Shown here: piece after piece, positions 39,623 to 53,955 of the stretch | Layout: each line of letters begins with the position of its first letter | Numbering within the stretch: position 1 is the first letter of the stretch | Origin: Octopus sinensis | Taxonomy: Eukaryota | Length of the DNA stretch: 64,000 bases | Direction: 5' to 3' | Assembly: GCF_006345805.1 (NCBI RefSeq) | Contig: NC_043006.1 | Location: 35,340,001-35,404,000 of the forward strand | Notes under the pieces: generated by a model | Told to the model about the DNA's origin: nothing | Seen by the model: the letters and a program-made list of their open reading frames with translations, nothing else | Database searches by the model: none | Translations under genes and position numbers: made by a program

Positions 39623-40099
39623 GTATGTATATATATATATATATATACATATATATGCATATATATATATATATATAAACATAAATATGTATATATAACT
39701 GCATGTGTATATGTGCATATGTGTATGGGTGTGTCTTTGTGTGCGTGCACGCGTATGTGTGTGTGTACTGAACTATAAAGCCCAGATTATTAGAGATACA
39801 TAATACATAATATAACCAACATTTTTCTATTTCTTCCCTCATCACCAACTCCATCTTTTCTACCATCTGATCTCCATATCTATTCATTGATATTTCTGAA
39901 TGACTCACATTGTGGTCTTCCTATACAACACTTGGCAGGAGATTAGTACATGCATAACAATATTCGGTTCCGTTTTTGCTGTCATTGTTTTGTTTCAAAT
40001 TACAAGTCTTTGGTTTCGTATCTTTCCCAACAATATATCACCTAATACTTTCCTAAGTTTAATATTCTGTACATGCAATGTGGAGTACCTTGCTACATA

Positions 40100-42260
40100 A
40101 TTTCATATAAAATTCCATTATTTCTTTTCTTATTGTCAATATGTACCGTCCATGATTTCAGTTGTTTGCACTTTTAAGCAATTTTTGTTATAAAAATGAT
40201 TTAACATTTTCAAACTAGGGTCTAATCTTGCTGAATTCACATTTACTGTTCTTCCTAAATGGTTTAAATTATTAAATTGTTTGCCTTTCCGCTTCGCTAT
40301 TTTTGCTTAATTGTATATTTTCTCTATATTCCTACCAGTTATCAGTATTTTGCTTTACATGCAACATGTGTTTCCATCAACAACTTCTGGAAAGGGTTGT
40401 TCATTCGGTTCACAGCTGTTTTAATTGACTAGGTATATATCGTATATTGTCTAAAATAATTTAAACCATATTCATTGCGTTCTTTTGTTGAGAATATATT
40501 GGACTATACATTGTCGAAAGTATTCTTTTTTTTTTAATGGATATAGTTTCAAGGAGAATTAACTATTATTTTTAGATGATTGAGTACCCCGTTGAAGCAT
40601 ACGTGTTGTCCATTCTTGGAGTTGTACTGCTTCATGTTCTCATATTTCTTAGCTCTTTTCCAATATGTCCTATTGAACGAATTTCGTAGGTAAATCAAAG
40701 TTGTGTGACCATTTTACGTCTTCCTTTCTTACATCATTAAGAATATTCAAGGGTTTTACCGTCCTTATGGAATCTAGGGGAGGGGCTAAAGAAGCCCAGT
40801 AAAAAACAATATACATTTCTCTTAATAGCAAATATTGTTTTAAACGTATCGCATCTTTAATTTCCAAGCGAAAAGAAACATTTGCCTTGTTCATTTAATG
40901 ACTTTATAACATTTACTCTGCTGCATTTCCTTATGAGGTTGACGTTTACTTACATGAGCCAATAGTCGTCTCTCATAACAGACATAGCCAAGAAAATATT
41001 GGAAGTGAACGAAGTTGTACTAAAATACTAAACTAGTCTTTAGCCAACAGTATTTCTTCCTTCGTGAAACCCAATCTGTCTTTCACTAAATATTTTTTGT
41101 AACGTACAATTAAATCATAGAGCGGAGAGATTGCTTGGAGAACTAATTAAACTGAGCATGCTGTTGTTTCGCATTTTGTTTTGCTCTTTCCCGTCTGTGG
41201 CAGTTGTATAAGTATTGATTATGTTCATTTTCAGCGCCATTCTTCATTACGAATATAATTATAATGTCCTTCACAAAGAAACTCAGTTTCACATTCATCT
41301 CTCTGTTTTAAGTTCTGCATTAATGTTATCTGTTCCAGGTGATTTGTTATGCTTTAACTTTTCTTAGTGCATGTGCTACTTCTTTTAAAAGTATTTTTTT
41401 CATTTCTCTAAAACATCAAAATGTATTTCATTTCTTAATTGTTGTAACATGTTACCACCTACTTCTGATTCTTGGCTGTAATGTTTCATCTGTTACTTCA
41501 TTTCCTCTAGTTTGAAGATTACCATATTTATCATCAACAAATTAATATTTATCTAACCGTTCGTTGCTTAAAATATTCATAGATTTTCTTGATTTATTTC
41601 CATATGAATTTTTCGTTCTTCGTCTTCACATTTTATACATCTTTTGCTAAACTGAATTTCCTTATTTACATTTATATAGTCAATCTCTATTACATTTCCC
41701 CTATTTCGTTTTGATACTGTTTGTATTTCAAGTCTATTATTGCATCAAAGATTATTCAAAAATCTTAATTTTAAAAAATAATTCTGTAGCTGTTATTATT
41801 TCACGAAACACTCATGTTCCATGTTGAAAACGTGTATCTAACATATCATTGAAAAATGCAAATAATAACAAAGTTTTGAATATTTTTCTTCTGTTCTCGG
41901 GTTCAAATTTCTCTGTTATATCTAAGGCTCTTCTTAGCAAATTTCATCTTGATTTCTCCGACCATTATTACCAGTTAGGGAGCACTGCCTATATCTACAA
42001 GTAAAATGCTCAAGATTTAGCTCAATCTATCCACTATTGATATACTATAGAGATGGTGATAAAATCTGCCTGGTTATTAAATCCTCCGAGTGGATACCTT
42101 GTTCTCGTTCTTGGCCTTTTCTATTGATATTTGTTTGAAATTGCTTTGTATTCCATTATACTCTAATAATCATAGAACCTTGTATTAGTATTGTTTTAAC
42201 CATATTTACCGAGAATTTTTGTCTAAATACTATGAACGTCTAAAACAAACATTACATTCT
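40100..42260 (-). pseudogene. Highly decayed RTE-clade LINE
   Basis: Minus-strand fragments occur in the expected order: LGKYG*N.N (APE), NQADFI, DIGS..LV, then NKSPGTDNINAEL, LSLISSPS, ERQIGFHEGR.T and FKHLG (RT). The limits are approximate. Confidence 0.6.
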
Positions 42261-42410
42261 AGTTACCCGGATGTATGTCATATTTTTTTCGCTCACTGGC
42301 TGCTTTCCTGGGTTTCGAAAAATTTCTCTATTGCGTCATTGTAATTGACAACTGGGGCAAATACTTACAAAATCTTTTCAGTATCTATTTTACTAAAATG
42401 TAAAGGTTTG

Positions 42411-42566
42411 CTGGCTGTGTTTTAAGAAGCTTGCTTCCCAACAGCATGGTTCCGGTTTCTTTTTGCCCTGCGTGGCACCTTGGGCATGTGACTTCTACTA
42501 TAGCCGCGGGTCTACCAAAGCCTTGTGGGTGAATTTTGTTGACGGAAACTAAAAGAAGTCCATCGC

Positions 42567-42605
<39 letters not shown>

Positions 42606-42798
42606 GTGTGTGTGTGTGTGTGTGTGTTTTGTGTTTGTTGTTTGTGTCTGTGTTCTCCCCTCTCGCCACCATCTCTTCACTTTCGGGTTTCTTTTTGCCC
42701 TGCGTGGCACCTTGGGCATGTGACTTCTACTATAGCCGCGGGTCTACCAAAGCCTTGTGGGTGAATTTTGTTGACGGAAACTAAAAGAAGTCCATCGC

Positions 42799-42837
<39 letters not shown>

Positions 42838-42914
42838 GGGTGTGTGTTGTGTGTGTGTGTGTTTGTTGTTTGTGTCTGTGTTTCTCCCCTCTCGCCACCA
42901 TCTCTTCACTTTCG
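42411..42914 (+). mobile_element. SINE family A 5' part, tandemly duplicated (~232-bp period)
   Basis: Units 42454-42685 and 42686-42914 are identical outside the microsatellite. Confidence 0.85.
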
Positions 42915-43444
42915 TCATGGTTTTCGTCTGAGAATTTCACTTCTCCTTGTCACCTACTTGCCATTCCATGTTTTACCCACCAGCCATCTCTACCACCTGT
43001 TAGTCTGCAATGAAATTTTTCACACTTCTTTATGATTATATTAGAAATACACTGTTTATTAGTGATGTCTTCCATGATTCTTTGCTTCAATTTCTAGTGT
43101 GAATGTTTACATTTCAACGAGATCTTTCATCATTAAAGAATAAAATGTTTGCTTGTTGTAAATATCATATAAATATTATTATATCTTCTTCTTCTTCTTC
43201 TTCTTCTCCTCTTCTTCTTCTTCTTCTTCTTCTTCTTCTTCTTCTTCTTCTTCTTCTTCTTCTTCTTCTTTCTTCTTCTTCTTCTTCTTCTTCTTCTTCT
43301 TTTTCTTCTTTCTTCTTCTTTTCTTCTTCTTCTTCTTCTTCTTCTTCTCTTTCTTTCTTCTTCTACTACTTCTCTCTCACTCTTCTCTCTTCTTCCTCTT
43401 CGCTTCTTCCTTTTTTCTTCTTCTTTTTCTTCCTCTTCTTCTTT

Positions 43445-43522
<78 letters not shown>

Positions 43523-44513
43523 CATTATCATCATCATCATCATCATCATTATTACTATTATTGGTTGTACCGGTTCAATGCCAGAATCATCAAAGCACCA
43601 GACACACGTGCAAACGATACACTATATATATGTATGTGTGCATGTATGTGTGCGTGTGTATATTTACACTAACTCAGACACACACAGATGTACATGTATG
43701 CACACTTATATACGAGTTTTGTTCATCAGGAAGAAAAACAAATTTGCTTTAATTACACTTTAATCAAGACGTCTCTCATTGATAAACCACTCCTAATATT
43801 TTCTAACTTTGTAACGTCTCCTCTAACACACTTTTACGCGTGTTGATGTAGTTCTTATAGTGAATTTTCTTCGTTTTCTCTTAAGGTTATCGTCTGAAGT
43901 CGGTCATCTGCCCCTGTGGAATCCACCTTTGATATGAGGGAAATAAAGCCAAAGCGGATAGATTCAGGATGGTCCACACCGGAAGAAATAGCTGGAAATG
44001 AGAGTCCGCTCAATCATTGCAAAAGACTCGTGAGTGTGTACATTGTGGCCGGGATCACGTTCAAGTTTTTTTGTCAATTTATTGGGATGCTTCTTTTTGG
44101 AAGTCACTCGGGGCATCCACTTAAAATTCATTGTTGATCATCCGGATATTCGGAAAAAAAAAGTCTCATGATTAACAAAGCCTTTGAAATCATAACTGAT
44201 GGTAAAAATCGAAATAACAACGCTAAATAAATGATTATCCAAAATGCTGACTACCACATTTTTCTTAATACATGAATATGTGTGTACGTGTGTGTGTGTA
44301 TGTGTGTGTGTGTGTGAGTATAGATATATATTTCTTCTATCCAGCGCTTATTCGCCCCAATATTAGACTATTTTCCTTAGTCATTTGTACGGTGATGGCT
44401 ATACGCTTTAAGCTTATAAAACAATACCATTATTATTGTTAACAGAATTGTAAAACTCAACACCGCTTAACAAAACCATTCACACCGAAAGATATATATA
44501 TATTTTATAACGT

Positions 44514-44559
<46 letters not shown>

Positions 44560-44694
44560 GTGTTTAAATGTATATTTATACTCACACATACACGCACACT
44601 CACAGGTATGTTGATGCAAGCAGGAAAACTAGAACTCACAATATGAGTATATGAATATTTTTTATTAATATTTAGGAGAACGAAAACAGTGACT

Positions 44695-44760
44695 CAAGGT
44701 CCGTGAGTTTCGTGCGTTGGCACCAATAAGTACCAACGCACGAAATGCACTGAAACCTTG
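44695..44760. other. 66-nt hairpin
   Basis: Perfect 13-bp stem TTTCGTGCGTTGG (44708-44720) / CCAACGCACGAAA (44733-44745) with a 12-nt loop, extended by GTG/CAC and CAAGGT/ACCTTG. Confidence 0.85.
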
Positions 44761-45876
44761 TGTTACTCTGTTACTTCTGCTAAATATTAATGATAAGTGT
44801 GTGTGCGTGAGTTTGTATGTGTGTTCTCAGTAATTCATACATATTCATACAAATACAAACATATTCACATACATATATATTCTCATATATCAACACACCG
44901 GGCTCTATATCTGAAAATATATACACGTTTAAACACACACACACACATGCACACACATATACTTATATATATATATATGTATGCACATATACACAGGTAT
45001 ATGCGTATACGAATATCTGCATACACCGCCATACACATTCTGCATATCAAAAACACCTTCACCCATTCCCCATCTCTCTATTCAAACGAACATCCGTACA
45101 CAATGCTTAAGAGGTGTTCACTTCGTACTTTGTTTAGTAATAACTTTTATAATCTTTAGAACTTCGTATTTTATATTTATTATGCATTTTTCAAAAAAAT
45201 ATTTTACCATAATTTTGCTTTTATCATCTTACTATTATTACTGCGTACATGTCATGCCTCTTTTGTTAATATATATCTTATATTTGTGTGAGCGTGTTTT
45301 TGCGTATATCGAGGCAATAATATCAGTGTGTAACCGTAAAGATTTCCATTCGCAATTTACATATTTTGTTACTTTGAATTACGCCCCACTATGCTAAAAA
45401 TGCTAACTCTATAATCTCGGTTATAATATGAATGCAAATCTATCAAATACGCACGGGTTTCATGCGGTGAAAGAACTGTTCAACAAAGACCGTTGAAGGG
45501 CGGCATTTGATGTATGGTTGTAACATTATAGAGTGAAGTTAGTCAAAGTGTAATGTTAAATATTTATTCTAATATATTTGTTACTGCATTCATATAAGAG
45601 TTTTCTCTCTCTCCCCTTCCCCACTTTTTTTAATATCAGGTGTTAAACTCCCACTGTTTTATAACACATCTTTTTAAGATGCAAACATTCTTCATCTTTT
45701 GACAAAAAACTGAATAATGATGATGATGATGATGGTGATGGTGGTGGTGATGATGATGATGATGGTGGTGGTGGTGATAGTGGTTGTGGTGGTGATGATA
45801 ATGATGATGAGGATTATTATTATGATGAGGATGTTGATGATGTTGATGATGATGATGTTGATGTTGATGATGATGG

Positions 45877-45907
<31 letters not shown>

Positions 45908-45957
45908 GACAGACATGACGACGAGAATGATGATGATAGTATCTACCTATGGATCGC

Positions 45958-46190
45958 TACGCGCGTATCCACAGATTACATGTCACTTAAGATCCCCTTC
46001 CGTATTCCTGGGATGATTACACTGTAGTCTGTAGAATCCGTGGGCATTGAGTATATCTTCGTGGATTCATTTCTCCAGGAGACATGGCATCCATAAGGAT
46101 AATCTACCCGATGCTAAATACTAGACTGTAATCAACCCCGGAATACGGAATGTGATCTTAAGTGACATGGGATTTATAGAAACGCGTGTA
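45958..46190. repeat. 233-bp imperfect palindrome centred on A46077
   Basis: CATGTCACTTAAGATC..TTCCGTATTCC (from 45979) pairs with GGAATACGGAA..GATCTTAAGTGACATG (to 46169). Pairing continues inward to TCTCC-A-GGAGA and outward to TAC/GTA. Confidence 0.92.
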
Positions 46191-47823
46191 AAGACGCATT
46201 AAAATATTCATGAATCCCCTCAAAGGATTATATATGTGTGTGTATGTTTGTGTGTGTGTGTGTGTTACAATATTTTTGAGATAATTTTTGAATTTGTTTC
46301 CGTCTCCTTTATTCAAGAATAGCTTGATGTATTCGTGAACAATCAAAAGCGGCAGAGAGTATAAAGATTTAAATTTACAATTGAGAAAAAGTTTGCTCCT
46401 TTCCTTTCTGCCTCATGTATATGGATGAGTCTATAACGATATGGTGCGCTAACATGGCCTTTCGCTTCACCTTGTATCGCTTCGAGTTGCACTAGGTCTC
46501 GAATTCAAATCAGACATTCCCATACATCTCACTGCACTTAATGACACTCATTTCGTTCTATGTATCAAAGAAAGTCTCTTTCTGAAATGTTTAGGGACAC
46601 ACTGAGTACCCCTTAAATTTATCGAGAATTCAATGTCTCATGTACTTTGTTGGGTAACGTCATACTTAACGCATACTCTTTTGTGATGCATTGTTACTGT
46701 GGCTCCTTCTCTCTCTGTATTCGTTCCATGCAAACAAATATGCCGCCTATGGCTAGTAATGTTTGCAAAACTGCTTTCATTTCTACGAACACCATTTACA
46801 CTAATTTATTTTACCAAATCTATATATATCAATGTGTTTCTTTGTTTTTTAGGTTTTTCCTGTTGTCAGTATTCCTGATGGTATCGATCATGCTAGCGTT
46901 GTTGTCCACATAAAAACACATCAACTTTTCTTTGAAATGTCTTGCGGTAAAGTATGTTTGTTTATTGTTTTTGCTGTTTGTTTCTTTATGTATTTGTTTT
47001 CATTTACAAAATATACATATGACAGCGCATTGTCTCCATTTCTCGTGGCCATTTTTTTACTGAATAGAAACAAATTATTTTCTGGTCAAAATGTATACTC
47101 TCCACCAAAAAATATAAAAAAACAAGGAAAAACAAAACAAAACAAAACAAAGCAAAACCGTAAAAGTAACACTAACAGTTTTCTATGGTTTGTTTACAAG
47201 ACACGATACAGAAATATACGACCGTTTGTTTAAAGCACTCAACAAATTGGAGTTCCAAGCGATAACGAAGTATAAAGACATTTCAGCAGAGAAAGAATTA
47301 CAATCATTTATGGTAACAACAACAATAAGAACAACAACAACAAGAACAACAACAACAAGAACAACAACAACAAGAACAACAACAACAACAACAACAACAA
47401 CAAGAGCAACAACAATAACAATGATAATAATAATAATAATAATATCTTTTATTGGCCAATAGGACCCAAGACATGATGGACAATATCAAAGGACGAAATG
47501 AAGCACACAAATAAGATAGGGTTTCCATCTATCAAAGGGAAGCACTATAATATTGAACGATATAACAAAGGATAGGAAATATATAAATACATTTTCTAAT
47601 AGCACGGCAATTCATTTAGGGTAATTGAGGGTAAGTACCCCGTAAAAATTGCGGTTTTCTCTATCATTTCTAAGGCATGGGAAGTTCCATTATCAAGTTT
47701 CTTTCCACCTGCTAAGAATAACATACACAAATTAGATCCATTCTATTTTGCCAGTCGTGCCATACTCGTCCGACTTTTGATGAACACACTAGAAAGCAGC
47801 AAATCTAAAGGAATACAAAAGGT

Positions 47824-48160
47824 GGCATGATAATGTAGCTGAGTAGTTTCATTGGATATTGTGTGAGGAGTATGATCTTGAAAGGTCATTGAAATGGTAC
47901 GAGTATAAAGCAGAAGGCGAGAATAATGAGTGGAAAAGCTTCATGAAATGAAGGGAAACCAAGATCACAAATATTGCCATACCCAGGGATGTACGAATGA
48001 ATGACAAAGAACCAGAAAAGACTGATAATTAAAAACCGCTATAAAATGTGATTTCATGACTGTGGACAATGAAGAGAGTAACTTTTATCAATGTCGTTGT
48101 AGGGGCTTTGGGAGTATTAACAATCAGGTCTGGGAAATTTCTTGGAGAACCTAGGATTTT
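47824..48160 (+). pseudogene. Old R4/Dong RLE fragment
   Basis: HDNVAE*FHWILCEEYDLERSLKWYE...IAIP.D..M.DKE.EK...LWTMKRV..INVVVGALG parallels the 13246-14248 copy. Confidence 0.7.
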
Positions 48161-48370
48161 AAGAACATGGCTTTCCATGTTCTTAAAAGGGCTTTATGGT
48201 GGGCAGCGAGGATTTTCAGACAAGTACTTGGAGGCTAAATGTATCGAAGAACATCCTGTGTTCTTAAAAAGAGGTCATTGTCTGTTCTTACAGAATTCAG
48301 AAGTAAAATCGAGAGTTCTGGGAAATGAAATAATAATAATAATAACAATAATAATAATAATGATGATGAA

Positions 48371-48418
<48 letters not shown>

Positions 48419-48431
48419 AATGATGATAACA

Positions 48432-48884
48432 ATGTACATTGTTTTGTCTTGGTATAAAAGATAGGCAACAGCAAATATTCTGCTCTATACCACAGATTTA
48501 CTTGTCAGTTGTTTGACCTTAATCAGTTCAACACATCCCTTAGTAGCTGGCGATATGTGCATCTCTGATCACGAGCAGAAGCATTGGGGGAGCATCATAG
48601 CCATGTGTTAAAAACAATTTTGATGGGTTTCGATAAGTCACCTTTGGAAACGGGTGTTTCGTTCAACATCCTTAAACAACTTTGTTCTTGACCTTTTGAG
48701 TGGGATGGGCTACTGAACCTGAAGAAAATTCGAGCTGGGCCCCACCTGGAAGGTGTGGGACTGTTAGTCTCAGTATGGGATCACATGTTGTGATCCATGT
48801 GCCTGGTGAACCCTTATCAAACGGGTAGTCATGACGGGTATACAGAGCTTCGTATATTCTATCCTAGTTTCACTCTTCCACTCA
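48432..48884 (+). mobile_element. Unclassified ~557-bp element, 5'-truncated diverged copy
   Basis: Aligns to 48910-49466 and ends CACTC(AAT)n, head-to-tail with the next copy. Confidence 0.85.
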
Positions 48885-48909
48885 ATAATAATAATAATAA
48901 TAATAATAA

Positions 48910-49583
<674 letters not shown>

Positions 49584-49597
49584 GTCATTATTATTAT

Positions 49598-49790
49598 AAG
49601 CCGGACATAGTCGTAATTGAGAAAGAAAATAAACTATGGTGGAGCACTAGCAGAAAACAGCTCTGCTTGGGTCCGCCCAAATATTCCGGAAGGTGCTCGA
49701 AAAATAAGATGTGTTACCTTAGTTTGCTGGTAGTGAACAGCTGACTCTGTAGTACATCTTCAGCGTTAGAAACTGTGCAAAGGCAACAGC
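49598..49790 (+). mobile_element. R4/Dong 3' fragment with internal deletion
   Basis: KPDIVVIEKENKL is joined to QKTALLGSAQIFRKVLEK*, followed by a short 3' UTR running into AAC/AAT repeats. Confidence 0.7.
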
Positions 49791-50033
49791 AAGAACAAGA
49801 ACTAAAACAACAACAACAAAAATAACAATAATAATAATAACAATAATAATATTAACAACAACAATAATAATAATGACAATAATAATAATAACAACAACAA
49901 CAACAAAAAAAACAATAATAATCATAACAATAATAATAATAATAACAATAATAATAATAATAATAACAATCATAATAATAATAACAACAACAACAATAAT
50001 AATAATGATAATAATACAGTGTGTTACTGACTC

Positions 50034-50514
50034 TACATTGTTTTATCTTGATAAAAAAAAGATGGGACACAGCATATATTCTGCTCAATACTACATATTT
50101 GCTTGTCACTTGTTTGACCCTAACCAGTAGAGCATATCCCTTAGTGGCCGACGATATATGCATCTCTGAGGTTGAGCAGAAGTAGTCGGGGAGTGTAATG
50201 CCCTAATAGAGTATTAGACAGTGGCTCCCATGGTTTCTGATCTTAACGGGAAATGCTTTCATGTACATTCTTTTGTCTTGCTATAAAAGATGGGCTACAG
50301 CAAATATTGTACTCAGTAACAAAGATTTGCTTGTCACTTGATGACATTAACCAGTTGAGCATGTCCCTTAGTGGCTGACAATATGTGCATCTCTGATCAC
50401 AAACAGAAGTTGCGGGGGAGCGCACTTAGCAGACAGGTAGTCATGATGGGTATACTGTGTTTCGTATACGTTGCCCCAGTGTCACTTGGATAGAATGCCC
50501 TGCTCTCACTCAAT
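50034..50514 (+). mobile_element. Two more copies of the ~557-bp element (fragment 50034-50196; internally deleted copy 50198-50514)
   Basis: Both align to 48910-49466. The second has both ends but lacks the central part, joining GGGGAG to CAGACAGGTAGTCATG. Confidence 0.8.
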
Positions 50515-50515
50515 A

Positions 50516-50573
<58 letters not shown>

Positions 50574-50731
50574 AGTAGTAGTAGTTGTTGTTGTTGTTGT
50601 TGTTGTTGATGTAATAATAGTAGTAGTTGTAGTAGTAGTAGCTATTGGCTTCGGTTGACAGAGGGTAACGCGAACGGAGGAGAGACAGAAATTTATAATT
50701 ATTTATTTACTTTGTAAATATGGGACTGTGA

Positions 50732-51015
50732 AGGCACATGGTCTAGTGGTTAGAGCAGTGAACTCGCGGGTTCGAATCTCAGATCGGGCGATGTGTGTGT
50801 TTATGAGCGAAAAACCTAAGCTTCACGCAGCTCCGGCAGAAGGTAATGGCGAACTTCTGCTAACTCTTTCGCCACAACTCTCTCTCACTCTTTCCTCCTG
50901 CATCTTGCAGCTCACCTGCGACGGACCGGCGTCCTGTCCAGGTGGAGAACCTATACGCCAAGGAAGCCAGGAAACCGGACCTTATGACCCAGGCATAGCT
51001 CTAGAAGGAACAAAC
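50732..51015 (+). mobile_element. tRNA-derived SINE (family C here) with a 16-bp TSD
   Basis: A-box TGGTCTAGTGGTT and B-box GGTTCGAATC. Flanking direct repeats are AAATATGGGACTGTGA (50716-50731) and AAATAAGGGACTATGA (51016-51031). Confidence 0.85.
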
Positions 51016-52365
51016 AAATAAGGGACTATGATTAAAGAATTTTTTCGTTTTATTGCTGTTGATGTTGTTCGTGTTGCTCCGATCAAACTGCTTATTATTG
51101 GATTTGAAGACGATTCGACTGATATTTCTTGCATCTCAAACGTCCACATGCTGGGCCGCATCCTTCGTCGCTGGTGATAGTGCTGCTGCTGCTGATAGTG
51201 ATATCCAGTCTGTCGCTAATTAATAACAGAATGCATTCACTACTTCAATGTCTACCATTCGAGAGCAAGCTACAAATACATACAATAGAAACGCAACAAA
51301 AACAATTACAAACTACAGCAAAAACAACCGCAACGACAGACGCAAAGATAATACAAAACAAACAACAATAGCAACAAAAAAAAACTACAAGAGAAATCAT
51401 TTCTGCTTTTTTGTTTTTTTTTAATAATTACAAGTAGAAATAAATACGATGAATGCTGGTGACAAGAGAATAGTGATTCTGTAGAAAGTGGATGAGAAAA
51501 AAAGAGACGATGATTTGATGACGATGGTGATGATGATGATGATGAGGAGGAGGAGGGGATGTAGATGATGATACCCGTGGTCATATGAGGGACGTAGTGC
51601 TGACAGTGCCGCAGAATAAGGTGGTGATGGAGGGGTGGTTGGTAAAGGCAATGGCGAAGATGATGATGATGATGATGGAGGTGATGATTTCACACAAAAA
51701 TAGGACAATACTTTAATGAGTCTATTGTTACAAATATAGCTCACATTTTACAGACGCATAAAAACACACGCGCACACAGACATGCAGAAACATACACACA
51801 CACAAACACACACACACATACACATAAATGACCAAAGACACACACGCACATACACACATACATACACATACACACACACACATTCACACGCGCACAAGTA
51901 TGCATACACAGAAACACTTATCTACATACGTGTAAAAAATATTTCATCATTCAATTTTCCGTTCTTGCAATATTGATTTTTATTAACGCCCATTCAAGAT
52001 TTCAAGTCGTTTTATTGTGTTTATTAAATACTTTGAAATATAACTCTATATTCGTCTGCAGCATTTTACTGTTAGAAAAGCATCTAAAACAAATACAGGA
52101 ATAACAAGCACTATATATTAGTTATATAGTATGTATGTATGTATGTATGTATGTATGTATGTATGTATGTATGTATGTATGTATGTATGTATGTATGTAT
52201 GTATGTATGTAGGTAGGTAGGTAGGTAGGTAGGTAGGTAGGTATACATAGAAATATGTGTGCGTGACTGTGTGTCTTTGCGTGTGTGACTATGTCTGTGT
52301 CTGTTTGTATTGTTCGTAAATAAAGAATATTATTGACAATATTTTATGTAACCGAGTGGTAATAT

Positions 52366-52413
<48 letters not shown>

Positions 52414-52491
52414 GTATGTATATATGTTTTGTATGTATATATATATATATATTTATATATTTATATATTATGTATGTATTATGTATTGTGC

Positions 52492-52565
<74 letters not shown>

Positions 52566-52772
52566 ATATATGTATGTATTTATATATATAATATATAAAC
52601 GACGTGTTTTCAACCAAGAATGGAGACGAACACTATTCCTCAATGTGATCGTCTTGAAAAATTAATATATTAAGATATAATCGAAACATGAAACCAATGG
52701 CAGCCTTAATAGATGAATAAAGAAATTTTCTCTACCAATGCTGTGTTGAGCACTCATTTGTTCGACATTTAC

Positions 52773-52831
<59 letters not shown>

Positions 52832-53320
52832 CATATGCATATATATATGGTAAGATCGACAAAAAAAAGTATTCCATCTGGTGAGAAATAAATATTATTC
52901 CATACAATTTTCATAGCTTCAGGAAATTTAACAGGCGTTCTGTGAAATTATCATTTGGCTGCTGTCCCAATATGAAGAGTATCGTTACACTAGATCAGTA
53001 CCAAAAGCTTATATCCAGTTGTAACTGTCACGACCCTGCATACTGTCTACTTAACCATTGATGTATGATTAAATTTGTCATATATGAGGCAGAAGTTACT
53101 GCAACGTTAGTGATAATACAACAGTTAAGATGAGCTATATTGGATTATGTGCAGCAAAATTCAAAAATCATTATGCCAATCACATAACCTCTTTCCGACA
53201 TAGGGATAAAAACAAAGCTACGGAGTTGGCTAGCCACATGTGTGATTAAGTGAAAGATAATTGTTAATGGATCAAATAAATATAAGCTATGTTTAGCTGA
53301 AATAGCTCAGATCCATTTCC

Positions 53321-53530
53321 GATCTGAGATCACACACTGACTAACACACTCTAGGCCTGAATCACGGATTTTTGTCAGTGAACAGGTCGCGGTCTTAATG
53401 CGACGAAAATATTTTGACAAATTAAACTTAAATGTTGAAGTAAATCGAACAGCTTTTGTGTGTTTCTTACATGGCTTACAAACAGCTTCCACGCTGCAAT
53501 TGCTTTCGTTTCAGCACACGATCTCAGATC
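53321..53530. mobile_element. MITE-like element, same family as 24643-24846
   Basis: Termini are GATCTGAGATC / GATCTCAGATC, with a shared core GAACAGGTCGCGGTCT...GAAAATATTTTGACAAATTAAA.TTAAATGTTGAAGT. Confidence 0.6.
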
Positions 53531-53559
53531 AAATCACTTGCTATGCAAGTACATCTCCG

Positions 53560-53623
<64 letters not shown>

Positions 53624-53922
53624 CGAGAAGTTGAGGTTATAAGTGATAATAGTGTCATTGAGACCCAAAGGTGTCAGGTAATACTGAATAAGTGCTATAG
53701 ACAGACCATAGTTAAGTTCCAGATTGGAAAATATTGCGAATAAAGGGTTCAACGTTGGTTCTATGTCAGCATGTGTATATATAAATTTTTGGTGTAATGA
53801 GATAAAAAAAAACCAAGGCTTTATAGATATTAGAGCATTTATAGATAGAAGGTCTTATAGCTGTTCCTAGAATATCAATTAATAATAACATCCCTTCATA
53901 TAAATATATGTATGCATATATG

Positions 53923-53955
<33 letters not shown>

